A stretch of DNA of 64,000 nucleotides. Origin: an uncultured Planctomycetota bacterium. Its GTDB lineage: Bacteria > Planctomycetota > Planctomycetia > Isosphaerales > Isosphaeraceae. The position numbers and the translations under genes are program-made. Below the pieces are notes generated by a model, which was not told the origin of the DNA, ran no database searches, and saw only the letters and a program-made list of their open reading frames with translations. The stretch is taken from NCBI GenBank assembly GCA_963845755.1, contig CAWJTV010000006.1:74265-138264 (forward strand). The letters are read 5' to 3'. Shown piece after piece: positions 1-9,227 of the stretch (position 1 is its first letter; every line of letters begins with the position of its first letter).

Positions 1-504
1 CAGCCCCTCCGGCAGCACGAGCCGGTCTGCTCGGGCCTGTGCCTGGAGCCAGGCGACCGCTTCGTGGGTCACCGGAGCGACGATCGACGTGGACAGCTCC
101 ACCACGACGAGCGCGGCCGCCCCGTCCTTGCTGAGAAGCCGCCCGGCGACGTCCGGTGGCGAGTCCGGCCCGAGTACGCGTAGTACGGCCTTCGGACGAC
201 CTTGCACCTCGATCCGCTCCATCAGGCGTCTCGCATAGCTGATGTCGGTCTCCACCAGACCGCCCGTCCGATGAAGGGCGGCGACCGCGAGCGACTCATA
301 GGCCTGGTCGGGCCACGCCAGGCGCAATGCCTCGCCGGCGCGGAGGCTCTCGGCGTCCCTCCCCAGAAGATTCCCCTGACCCTCGGCCGCGAGCCTCGTC
401 AGGTCGGGGGCGCAAAGGCCCACCCCGACGGCGGACGCGACCCAGAGCGCGACGACCCAGCCGGGTCGGCTTGTCACCAGAAACCGCAGGAACACCAACG
501 GCAT
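1..504 (-). CDS. MMPL/RND-family membrane transporter, N-terminal part (runs off window start)
   Basis: Manual translation from ATG at 504: MPLVFLRFLVTSRPGWVVALWVASAVGVGLCAPDLTRLAAEGQGNLL...LLSKDGAAALVVVEL, typical of an MMPL N-terminal TM helix plus porter domain. Frame is open to position 1; not in the ORF track. Confidence 0.75.
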   Translation of the reverse strand, partial: MPLVFLRFLVTSRPGWVVALWVASAVGVGLCAPDLTRLAAEGQGNLLGRDAESLRAGEALRLAWPDQAYESLAVAALHRTGGLVETDISYARRLMERIEVQGRPKAVLRVLGPDSPPDVAGRLLSKDGAAALVVVELSTSIVAPVTHEAVAWLQAQARADRLVLPEGL

Positions 505-644
505 GAACGGGAACTCCACCGACCGGGAGTCGCCACCCGATCGCGTCGGATCGGAGAGGGAGTAGAGGGTCAGGCCGACAGGCGGTCGAGATGTCCCGGA
601 GTCGCGGCTGCTCGAGAACGTCGGTCGGGCTCGTATTCTCTCGC

Positions 645-712
645 ATTTAATAAACAAACAATCACATTAATAATAAGTTTTATTTATTATAATTTGTATA
701 ATACAGAAGATT
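645..712. promoter_or_regulatory. Very AT-rich intergenic tract upstream of the MMPL gene, probable promoter/regulatory region
   Basis: ttaataaacaaacaatcacattaataataagtttttatttattataatttgtataatac in a GC-rich background; contains TATAAT hexamers. Confidence 0.45.
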
Positions 713-826
713 CTTTGGAACCGGATTTCCTTCCCGTTTCGGCCGGGATCTTGTCGTGATAGCCCGATGTTCTCCGGGGGCAGGGCCTGAGGCTCGCACC
801 TCCCGGAGTCCATCGGGTCCCGAGCT

Positions 827-1669
827 TCAATCACGCGCGATGGGAACCCTACGGACCCCCAGGATCGGCACGGGCTGGAGCAACTCACCCGATCCAACGA
901 GCGACCCGAAGATCGCCGTCGCCATCGAGATGACCACACCGATCAGCGTCCACCAGGACGCTTCCCGCACCCTCTCGGCGGCCTGGGCGGCGGCTCGTTG
1001 GACCTCCGGCTGGCTGGCGACGTCGCGCGTCATTTCGGGCAACGATGAGGGATCGGCCCAGACGCGGTCGATCCGGCCCTTGATCTCGACTTCCGCCTTG
1101 CGGGCCTGCTCCTCGCTGAAACCCGCCTTCTTCAGATCCGCGACGAATCGATCCCCACCCAACTCGTTGGAATACCTTTGATGAAGGGCCTGTGCCAGGC
1201 CCGGCGAGGGCGATGATTCGTTGGCATCGGGGCGGAATGCGGCATCCGTTGCCGAGGCCATCCCGATCATGGCACCGAACCCGGTCCGGATGCCGGCGCC
1301 TAGCAACCAGACCATCCCGATGAACAGTGTCCCCCAGAGGATCATCCCGTAGAGGACGGCTTCGAGCTTGCTCTCGCCGACGGCCAGCCGGCTGGTCGTC
1401 CAGCCGCCGAAGAACATCGCCAGCAGGAGCGTCAGGATCGAATAGATCGCAGCCCCGGCGCCGAAGTGCTCGGATGCACCTCGTACGGCCGCCTCGATCC
1501 CGAGGGCCACGCCGAGCATCGACAGGACAACGTAAACCGACAGGGCAATCATCGCGCCGGCGGCGATGGCCCCCCAACTGATCCGACTTCGTACCGACAA
1601 CAGGTCGGCGGCCTTTGGTGAATCCATCGTCTTCGTCATCTGCAAAACCTCGCTCTCCAGTGGGGCCAC
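827..1669 (-). CDS. Hypothetical integral membrane protein (4 TM, YrzE-like)
   Basis: 280 aa ORF; SRISWGAIAAGA start of TM1, three N-terminal and one C-terminal hydrophobic helices. True start is probably MTKTMDS. Confidence 0.8.
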   Translation of the reverse strand: MAPLESEVLQMTKTMDSPKAADLLSVRSRISWGAIAAGAMIALSVYVVLSMLGVALGIEAAVRGASEHFGAGAAIYSILTLLLAMFFGGWTTSRLAVGESKLEAVLYGMILWGTLFIGMVWLLGAGIRTGFGAMIGMASATDAAFRPDANESSPSPGLAQALHQRYSNELGGDRFVADLKKAGFSEEQARKAEVEIKGRIDRVWADPSSLPEMTRDVASQPEVQRAAAQAAERVREASWWTLIGVVISMATAIFGSLVGSGELLQPVPILGVRRVPIARD

Positions 1670-1890
1670 ACCCGCGCCCGTCCCACCTCGGGACGCGACC
1701 GCCAGGCGACGTCCGTACCGACGGGTTAATTATGAGGGCAAATTATGCGCCGAAAGATGATAATGCGTGTTTTTCCCTGTGTCAGATAGGGCGTCGGGGT
1801 TCCGACCGAGGCTAGAGCGCCTCACAGTTGGGTTGCACACGCTCGAAGCCTGCTCTCGAAGAACCCCCCGGAACCCCCCCCTTCGCAAGG

Positions 1891-2124
1891 CAGTGAGTTC
1901 AGGGTCTTCGTAGGTGCAGTGCCACTGTTAAGGTGGCGACGAGCGGGTGGTTTGGGTAAGGCCATTTTTTACCCAATACACCCAGATTGACAACCGAATT
2001 CAATTTGTGAGCAGAGTAATGGTATGTTCGATTTCATGAAATTCCCATATTATAAATTGATAATCGCCAGATTCGATTTGAGGCGAAAGAGTTTACGGCA
2101 ATTCCGAAGACCCTGAACTCACTG
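1891..2124. mobile_element. Non-autonomous IS4-family MITE (234 bp)
   Basis: Perfect 20 bp TIR CAGTGAGTTCAGGGTCTTCG; 11 bp TSD CCTTCGCAAGG (1880-1890, 2125-2135); AT-rich non-coding interior; same TIR core as the adjacent IS4. Confidence 0.9.
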
Positions 2125-2186
2125 CCTTCGCAAGGGGGGGATATTGATCGGGAAAAGCCCGTTTCCTGTCCCCCCCCTTGCGAAGG

Positions 2187-3772
2187 CAGTGAGTTCAGGG
2201 TTTTCCTCTGGCTCTAGGGGGCCCCGTCTTTTGCTCATGTGTTTGCTGGAGAACCCGGTAGGTCAACGTATGGTTGCCGAGCACACGCTTCTTGACTTTC
2301 TGATGACCGCCACGGCCGGAGCTCGGCGCTTTCCACCAACGGTCGCTCCAGGCGCCGCGCAACCGCTCCCGCAAGTACGTGCGCACCTCACTCGCCGTCG
2401 GCACGGCGCCCAGCAACGACAGCAACGTCTTGACCTCAACCAACTCGCTGACCGACACCATTTGCCGCTCCACGTCACCGAAGAGCTTCTCGTTGGAGAT
2501 CGCCTTCGCCTCGCACTCTTGATGCGAGGCCAGGTGCGTACGCACGACTTGCAGGGCGTTGTACAGGAGCAGGCAGAACGACAACTGGAACAGGACCGCC
2601 TTCGGCTGCGTGCCGATGAGGTGCTTCAGCGCGAACACGTCGGTGATCTGCTGGAAGACCGTCTCCAAACCCCAGCGACTGTGATACGTCGCGAGCATCG
2701 CCGCTGCGGGATACATCGTCTCGTCCCACAGGTCCGTGATCACGCCGAGCTCCTTGCCGTCGGCCAGATGCTTGGTGATCCGGCGCACGTACACGCGGTC
2801 CTCCCTCGGGACCTTGCCCAGCCAGCCCCACTCCTGCACGATCCGTCGCCCGTCGGCGTCGCGGAGCTCCTGCGCCGGCCGGGACGCATCGGCAACGAAC
2901 GTCGTATTGCTGCAGTAGCGGATCAGGAAATGGCCGCCGGCCTTCAACACCTCCCGGGGAAAACTCAGGTTGCAGTAGAGGCGGTCCAGGACGACCAACC
3001 ACGGCTTCTCCAGGCCGCCGGCCAGCGCCGCGAGCTTCGGCAGCAGGCCCTCGGTGAGAGCCGCTTCACCGGCTTCGCCGTCGAGGTGGCCCACCATCGC
3101 GACGGCCAGGCCCGTCCGCAGGTCCAAGCCCACCGACGCCCGCGCACCGAGGATCCCCGCCTGCAAGCCGCGCAACGGCTTGAGGAGCCGGCGAACGTGC
3201 TTGATCGCCTTGCCGTCGGCCCCGAAGACTTCGAACCCGGCCCAACACGCCGGCAACGGCTCCACGGCCAGGGTCTCAGGCAGGACCGCGTTGAGCCGCT
3301 GGGTGCCTTCGGCGAGCAGGGCCTCGCTGAGGGGCCGGGGCAGGTTCCCCAACTTGTCATAGGACGAGGTGATCGAGACCGGCAGCGTGCCCTGTTCCTG
3401 GGCCCGCGTGAAGGCCTGGTAGCCACTCCCCTCGTGCTCGATCAAGGCATCGGTGATCAGAGGGGCCAGCGTGCGGAACTTCAACTGCTTCTCGAAGCAG
3501 GGCCCGCGATGTCGCGCCGAGAGATCATCCAGCCACGAATCCGCCATCGCGTAGTGCAGCAACCGCCACACCGAGTCGGCCAGAGGAAGCCGACTGAGCA
3601 CCTCGGCGGCAAACGGGGTGTCGTTGAGAACCGAAGGACTCCGGACAGCTGCGGAAAAGACGGCGACCTCCATAACCGAAGGACTCCTGAGAGGACCGAA
3701 GGTGCAATCCGATGGGTATTTATGATACGGACCTCGGATCCGCGGTGGAACGCCAAGACCCTGAACTCACTG
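2187..3772 (-). mobile_element. IS4-family insertion sequence (1586 bp)
   Basis: TIRs CAGTGAGTTCAGGGT; 11 bp TSD CCTTGCGAAGG (2176-2186, 3773-3783); single transposase ORF. Confidence 0.92.
2195..3673 (-). CDS. IS4-family DDE transposase
   Basis: 492 aa; GADGK, VLDRLY and YHSRWGLETVF (Y-2-R-3-E signature); stop codon lies within the TIR. Confidence 0.9.
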   Translation of the reverse strand: MEVAVFSAAVRSPSVLNDTPFAAEVLSRLPLADSVWRLLHYAMADSWLDDLSARHRGPCFEKQLKFRTLAPLITDALIEHEGSGYQAFTRAQEQGTLPVSITSSYDKLGNLPRPLSEALLAEGTQRLNAVLPETLAVEPLPACWAGFEVFGADGKAIKHVRRLLKPLRGLQAGILGARASVGLDLRTGLAVAMVGHLDGEAGEAALTEGLLPKLAALAGGLEKPWLVVLDRLYCNLSFPREVLKAGGHFLIRYCSNTTFVADASRPAQELRDADGRRIVQEWGWLGKVPREDRVYVRRITKHLADGKELGVITDLWDETMYPAAAMLATYHSRWGLETVFQQITDVFALKHLIGTQPKAVLFQLSFCLLLYNALQVVRTHLASHQECEAKAISNEKLFGDVERQMVSVSELVEVKTLLSLLGAVPTASEVRTYLRERLRGAWSDRWWKAPSSGRGGHQKVKKRVLGNHTLTYRVLQQTHEQKTGPPRARGKP

Positions 3773-4107
3773 CCTTGCGAAGGGGGGGTTCCGGGGGGTG
3801 AACTCGCGGGGCCATAGGGCGTGCGCCATGCAAAAGTTAAGCGCTCCAGAACCCAGGCTCTCGACAGGCCGCTCAAACCTGGCGGCCGTGGACCCAGGAG
3901 AAATGGGCGGGTCCGGCGCGACCCAGGCTAGGGGGGCCGACCCGTGCCACGGTCGTTACGCTCAAGGATTTGCCGGAGTGGAAGTCGTGGCTCGACGGCT
4001 TTTTTCACTCGATTGCCGACTGGGGCTGTCCGATACGATCGAGCAGTCGCTGTTCCGTTACGCCAATGAACGGGGTTACCGGGAGCCGCCCAAACGCTGA
4101 GGTTATA

Positions 4108-4386
4108 TCATCCTGTCGGCCTTGGTTCGGCGTGGAAGGCAAGGATGGTCGGCTCGTCGCACGGGTCGGCGAGGATCGCCTCCCAGATCGCAATCTTGTG
4201 ACGGACATACCCGACCAGATCGCCACCGTCGGCCACCATGATATCCAGGAGACTGCGATCATGACGGTGCGATGCCAGGACAAGGGCGGTCATTTCTTCA
4301 TCGCATTCAAGGGCCTCGCACGCTTTGCGAATACGACGGATCTCCCCTGCAGTTGCTCTATTGGAGGTCATCGCAAAGCCCCACAT
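4108..4386 (-). CDS. Hypothetical protein
   Basis: 92 aa ORF with protein-like composition; no recognisable motif. Confidence 0.3.
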   Translation of the reverse strand: MWGFAMTSNRATAGEIRRIRKACEALECDEEMTALVLASHRHDRSLLDIMVADGGDLVGYVRHKIAIWEAILADPCDEPTILAFHAEPRPTG

Positions 4387-4619
4387 CGTTCGTCCGCATT
4401 TTCAAGGACCGACAGGGAGAAAGTCGGCCCTCGATCGGTCGGCGGCAAATCGGAGTGACCTGGAACGGCCGCCGGTGCCTCGGGCGAGGAACAAGGCGGC
4501 AGGACTGCGGGGCGCCTGCGGCAAGCCCACCAGTAGGTCAACGAGCCCATGACGCCGGTCAGGAGCATGCCGGCCCGGAAGAGGAACAAGCGAGGACCGA
4601 CGGCGACGTAGAAAGCCAT
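4368..4619 (-). CDS. Small putative membrane protein
   Basis: ATG overlaps the upstream stop (TAATG coupling); MAFYVAVGPRLFLFRAGMLLTGVMGSLTYWW hydrophobic N-terminus. Confidence 0.4.
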   Translation of the reverse strand: MAFYVAVGPRLFLFRAGMLLTGVMGSLTYWWACRRRPAVLPPCSSPEAPAAVPGHSDLPPTDRGPTFSLSVLENADERCGALR

Positions 4620-6166
4620 TAATGGGGACCTCCGGGATCGAGAAGGACGACGTCGGATAGGACGAGCCGCGGTCCGGCTTCGGCGATGACCGGGGGGCAG
4701 TTCCGACCGCCGCAGATACTGCTCCGGCCGGCAAACCGATCGGCGATCTCCTCGACCAGGCGCAGGCCGAATAGGGGGATCGTCGTCCGCGTGGCTCCAC
4801 ACTGGTTGGCGAAGACGACGGGCACGTCGAGGTCGCGCGCGACCTTGGCCGGGATTTCGGCCGAGAGGGGGCCAAGGCCGCCGAAGAGCCAATGTCCACG
4901 GCTGCCGGGCCCGGAGGCGAAATCCGGCCAGGCGGCGGCGATCACCGCCAGGTCGATCCGGCCGCGATAGTCGTCCCACACCGGGCGCCGAATCATGTCG
5001 GCGCAAACCGCCAGGCCAATCCCTCCCCAGGGCGTCGGGACGACCAGCGGCGAACATCCGCGTCGGAATCGGAACGGTTCCCAGAAGACCAGATGCCGCT
5101 TGCGATAGACGTGAACCGAGCCATCGGGCAGGCAGAGGGCCAGCGCGTCATAGAGGTGACGGCCATCGCGCTCGGCGAAACCGCCTGCGATCCCCATCCG
5201 CCACTGACAGCTACGTCGGGACAGGTGCCGCAACGTCGGCCCGTCGAACCCCTCGGAATACGGGGCGAAGTCGGGAATCAGGCCATATCCCGTATTGAAC
5301 AGCTCGGGCAAGACCGCCAGGGCCGCATGCGACAGGTGGGCTTCGGCGAGCAGGAGGTCGGCCTGCTCGACGTTGGCGGCGACTTGTCGGGACTCTGACT
5401 GCATCTGCACCGCGGCGATCGTGATCTTCAAGGGACCCTCGCTCCGACGGATAGTCCGGATCCTTGGGCGGGGCCCGGGCAAAGAACGAGACCGACGGGT
5501 CTGCGAGGGCGGGCGTTCGACGGCAGGCCGGGCCACCCCCTCGGTCAACAGGAAGGGCGCGAGGCCGTGATGGACTTCCTGGGAGGTGCCGACGAATCCG
5601 CCACGGGCGAACAGCTCGCGGACCCGGCGTGCCGAAGCGTGTAAGACGTCACCTTCTACCCCCGCGACACAGACATCGTAAATGAGCCATCCCCATGGAC
5701 TATCGCGACTCCCGTCGACCAGGATCAACCGCCCGCCGGGCTTCAGGACGCGATGCATCTCCTCGATCGCACGTTGTTGATGCGGATAGTGATGGAAGCT
5801 ATTGGCGCACGTGACCACGTCGAAGGCACCGTCGGGGAAAGGCAGCCGCTCGCTATCACCCTGGACCGGCGCGACCTGCCCCCGATGGGCCCGCCAGCGC
5901 GCGCGTCCTTTGGACAGCATCGCCGCGACCAGATCGACACCCCAGACTTTCGCATGGGGCAAGGCTTCCCGGATACGCGACGCGAAGACCCCGGTGCCGC
6001 ACCCGACGTCGAGGATCATCGATGGCCGATCGCCGATCCCGTCCCGGATCCGAGTGATGATGGCCCGATGCGCGGGGCGGAACAACAACCACTGGAGGAT
6101 ACTCCGATCATAGTTCTCACTCCAGCGCCCAAACTCTCGGGTCGCCTGATCCTTGTCGTAGGACAT
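4619..6166 (-). CDS. Class I SAM methyltransferase (UbiE-like) fused to a nitrilase/carbon-nitrogen hydrolase
   Basis: ILDVGCGTG and GDSERLPFPDGAFDVV (MTase), then ITIAAVQM, LPELFNTGY, YRKRHL and AVCADM (E-K-C triad); likely start MSYDKD. Confidence 0.85.
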   Translation of the reverse strand: MSYDKDQATREFGRWSENYDRSILQWLLFRPAHRAIITRIRDGIGDRPSMILDVGCGTGVFASRIREALPHAKVWGVDLVAAMLSKGRARWRAHRGQVAPVQGDSERLPFPDGAFDVVTCANSFHHYPHQQRAIEEMHRVLKPGGRLILVDGSRDSPWGWLIYDVCVAGVEGDVLHASARRVRELFARGGFVGTSQEVHHGLAPFLLTEGVARPAVERPPSQTRRSRSLPGPRPRIRTIRRSEGPLKITIAAVQMQSESRQVAANVEQADLLLAEAHLSHAALAVLPELFNTGYGLIPDFAPYSEGFDGPTLRHLSRRSCQWRMGIAGGFAERDGRHLYDALALCLPDGSVHVYRKRHLVFWEPFRFRRGCSPLVVPTPWGGIGLAVCADMIRRPVWDDYRGRIDLAVIAAAWPDFASGPGSRGHWLFGGLGPLSAEIPAKVARDLDVPVVFANQCGATRTTIPLFGLRLVEEIADRFAGRSSICGGRNCPPVIAEAGPRLVLSDVVLLDPGGPH

Positions 6167-6549
6167 CGCAACTCCCTTCGCCCGGCCGGGGCCGGAGTGA
6201 GCTCTCAGGGAATCATTGTAGAGCAAATTGCATGCCGATATTTACGAATTGTTGATTGAGCAAAAATATATTTGGATAGGCTCTTCAATGTCGAGAATGG
6301 GTCCCGCACCTTCGAAACTCGACACGGCATGTCAATCCTGGTCGGACTGTTTGGCATGGAGGGATTCGGCCGTTATTCCATCGACCCCCAGGTGATCAGC
6401 CGGTGAGTAGGAGCGATCCTCCCACCACGGCATCCTGTCCCATCGCCTTCGGCTTGAGAAGCCGGGTTCGTGTCGCCCGTTGTTGGGATCTGGCTCAAGA
6501 GCCCAGCCGGAATCGCCGGAGACGATGAAGCTACCCGAGGGTTCCTCGT

Positions 6550-6895
6550 CGCCATCATCGTCCCGCTTCTCGGCGTGGTGGCCGCCCCGTTCATCGTCTG
6601 AGGCTGGGGATTCCGCTGGACCGATCTGGGCCTCCTTTAGAGCCTGTAAGTCTTGACCGCCCTGGGGATCACGGTCGGCTACCACTCGCTGTTCGTCCAC
6701 CGCTCCATTGAGACGAACATCGTGGTGAAGTTCGTCTTCGCCGTCCTCGGCTCGATGGCCGTCCAGGGGCCGCACTTGATGTGGGTCGCCAAGCACCGCC
6801 GACACCACCAGCACGCCGACACGGCGGGCGACCCGCATTCGCCCCATGGCCACGGCGCAGGCGTGCTCGGCGTCCTGCGAGGTGTCTGGCAACCT
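6550..6895 (+). pseudogene. Acyl-CoA (delta-9) fatty-acid desaturase fragment
   Basis: GITVGYHSLFVHRS and WVAKHRRHHQHADTAGDPHSP His boxes; in-frame stop upstream; truncated at a MITE/REP unit at about 6903. Confidence 0.8.
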
Positions 6896-6902
6896 CGAGC
6901 AC

Positions 6903-7140
6903 CTAGAGCGCGTAACATTCGGGTTGCGCACACAAGGACGGCCGATTTCCGGCGGCCTGAAGGGCCGCAGAAACCTAGCCCCGGGTGAAACCCGGGGTCC
7001 TCGGCACCCACCCAACTCCGGCGGCCTGAAGGGCCGCAGGACGACCCTCCGGCACCCTTTCAGGGTGCATGAGGAGGGCGCGTGCACCCGATTCCCGGGG
7101 TTTCACCCCGGGCTGGGTTGCTGCGGCCCTGCGGGCCGCT
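6903..7140. repeat. REP-like palindrome cluster with a CTAGAGCGC-type left end
   Basis: GGCGGCCTGAAGGGCCGC twice, CCCCGGGTGAAACCCGGGG and its inverse CCCGGGGTTTCACCCCGGG, GCACCCTTTCAGGGTGC hairpin. Confidence 0.75.
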
Positions 7141-7529
7141 TCCGTGGGGAACCTGCCGTTGAACGCGTCCGACACAGCCGAGTTGAATCCGGTGCTGCCG
7201 AACGGGAAGTTCTGGAGCGCCGAGGCCAGGCTGGTCGAGCCGAGCCCGGAGCCGAAGAGGATCGGTCGGAGCCGCGAGGACGCCTGGGACGCCCCGGGGA
7301 GGATCGACAGCCCGTTGCCGAGCCGGAACGCCGCGGTCTGCTGGGCGTTCCTGGCCTGCAAGTTGAACGCACTCAGGGCGTCCTGCGACGCGGCGATCGG
7401 CAGGCCGTTCCCATCGGTCGTACCGTTCGGGAAGACGGCGGAAGTGGACACGATCGGGAAGTTTTGCGCGAACAAACCGAGCAGATTGCCGACCTGGCTG
7501 AGAAGCTGGTTGCCCATGAACTGCCGCAA
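7140..7529 (-). pseudogene. Fragment of an Ala/Asn/Ser/Phe-rich secreted-type protein
   Basis: Protein-like stretch QFMGNQLLSQVGNLLGLFAQNFP...SAVSDAFN that runs into the REP cluster. Confidence 0.4.
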
Positions 7530-7804
7530 CAGAGGGCCTCTTCATGGGATCCCGGGATGTCGTTCATCAACGTCGGGAGGCGGACCGTGTCTGTGCGGGA
7601 TCCTTCTCGCAATCGATCCTACGGCACCAGGCGTGCCACCAGGCAGGCATCGAAACGATAATGTCTCAAATTAACAATTTGCTCGCGGACATGGTGTTTG
7701 TGGCTTCCAATCCCTACAGAGGTACGAGGCCCCCTGCGCCCAATCTGCGACGGGAGGATGACCGGCGGACCTGACCAGGCGGGGGCTGAGCGCGGAGACC
7801 GACG

Positions 7805-7830
7805 AAAAAAGGGGATGCCGAAGCACCCCC
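7805..7830 (-). terminator. Rho-independent terminator
   Basis: Minus strand GGGGGTGC-TTCG-GCATCCCC followed by T6, about 50 bp after the stop of 7879..8403. Confidence 0.8.
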
Positions 7831-7878
7831 GTTTGATCGATTGGCCGTTAATGTCTGTTCGAGCCCGGCTCGACCGAA

Positions 7879-8403
7879 TCAGGTCGCAACCACGGCCGCT
7901 TCCCGGGTGCTCATGTCATAGCCGCCGCACCGTCGCAGGATGGCGGTCCCCTCGTCCGAGCGGCTGCCGGCATTGACGGTGACGATGGCCCGCCCGGCCT
8001 CGAATTCGCCGTGATAATACTTGGCTTCATGCTCGGGAATCCCGGCACCGACCAGGGCACCGACGAGTCCGGCGATCCCGGCTCCGGCGGCGGCGTTGGA
8101 GAGGATGACCCCCAAGGTCCCGGCCGCGATGGCGGGGCCGACGACGGGGATCACGCCCGCCAGGACTCCGAGGCCCGCCAGGGCACCCAATCCCAGGCCG
8201 GTCAAGGCCCCGGCCACGGCGCCCGATCCGGCATGCGAATTGTAGTCGGTGGCCGTGAGATCCCCTTCACCTTCGGCATGGCGCATCGCGACGCCGATTT
8301 GGCTCTGATCGAACCCGGCTTGGTGAAGCTCGGTGATGGCTTGGTTGGCGTGGAGTCGGTCCTCGAACACGCCGACGACGGTAGAAGCTTTTGGAGTTTT
8401 CAT
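7879..8403 (-). CDS. General stress protein (YflT/17M-like, glycine-zipper membrane protein)
   Basis: TVVGVFEDR...L..AGF...I.V, GAVAGA...IPVVGP.IAAG, GIPEHEAKYY..EFEAGR.IVTV. Confidence 0.85.
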   Translation of the reverse strand: MKTPKASTVVGVFEDRLHANQAITELHQAGFDQSQIGVAMRHAEGEGDLTATDYNSHAGSGAVAGALTGLGLGALAGLGVLAGVIPVVGPAIAAGTLGVILSNAAAGAGIAGLVGALVGAGIPEHEAKYYHGEFEAGRAIVTVNAGSRSDEGTAILRRCGGYDMSTREAAVVAT

Positions 8404-8590
8404 GACCGATTTAAGGAGCAAATCTCGGGCCGCCGAATCGAGAAACGGCCATTAAATCTCGGTATTAGGTTGATTTTTTGATATCCACAAGCGGAATTCA
8501 CGAAGTGATCGAGCTACGGCGGATCAGATATTAACCGGAAGCCGTCCAGGTTGCTGGACGGCCACCGGGCCGATGCTTTAGATTGGAGGA

Positions 8591-8932
8591 ATGGATACCA
8601 ACGCCGAGTTCCCTGAACCGCTCCGGCATCAAGAGCGGTTCGCCGCGCGGCTCCGCCGCGCCACGGAAGGACTGGAAGAAGCCCGGCGCGAGCGGATCCG
8701 GGCCATTGTCGAAGCCTATCAGTCGGGGTTGTCCGTCGGTCAGATTGCGGCCGCCACCGGTCTCAGCTCGAGCCGGGCCCACCAGCTCCTCGGCTCGGCC
8801 GAGGCCCGCGAGATCCTCCGCCACCGCCAACGGTTGAAGGAGCCGGAGCCGCCGTCGAAGCGGCCGAGCAAGCGTGAAGAACGAGCGGCGGCGCGGGCCT
8901 TGCGGGATCTTCCGCCGTCGGAGCGGGACTGA
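8591..8932 (+). CDS. Small helix-turn-helix protein
   Basis: GGAGGA RBS; GLSVGQIAAATGLSSSRAHQLL HTH. Confidence 0.6.
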   Translation: MDTNAEFPEPLRHQERFAARLRRATEGLEEARRERIRAIVEAYQSGLSVGQIAAATGLSSSRAHQLLGSAEAREILRHRQRLKEPEPPSKRPSKREERAAARALRDLPPSERD

Positions 8933-9227
8933 ACGAGCGCGGTTCCTGCTCCGTCTTGTCGCGAGTGAATCGATGCCTTCGCTTAAATTCTCAATCACCC
9001 TAACGCGGCGGAGCCGCAACCAAAGAGGGAAGCGGATCACGCGCAGATCAGATCCGGATCAGAATGGACCACGGATCACACGGAACTGAAAATCCATCGC
9101 GACATCGCTCACATCGCTAGGGTCCGTCGCAACCGGGGTCCATTCGCCGCAACCAAGAAGAATGGGAAGAACGGCGTTCTCCCGTCAGAATGGGATTGGA
9201 AACGGCCCTATCCCGAAGGAGAACGCC

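Larger units (their letters stand above)
1812..3849. mobile_element. Outer MITE-like shell (CTAGAGCGC ends) carrying a REP doublet, expanded by two nested IS4-type insertions
   Basis: 1812-1842 ctagagcgcctcacagttgggttgcacacgc matches the reverse complement of 3819-3849 at 22/31; a related end occurs at 6903. Confidence 0.55.

Noticed and set aside
2144..3817. 557-aa plus-strand ORF
   Set aside because: Antisense shadow of the IS4 transposase, expected in high-GC DNA.
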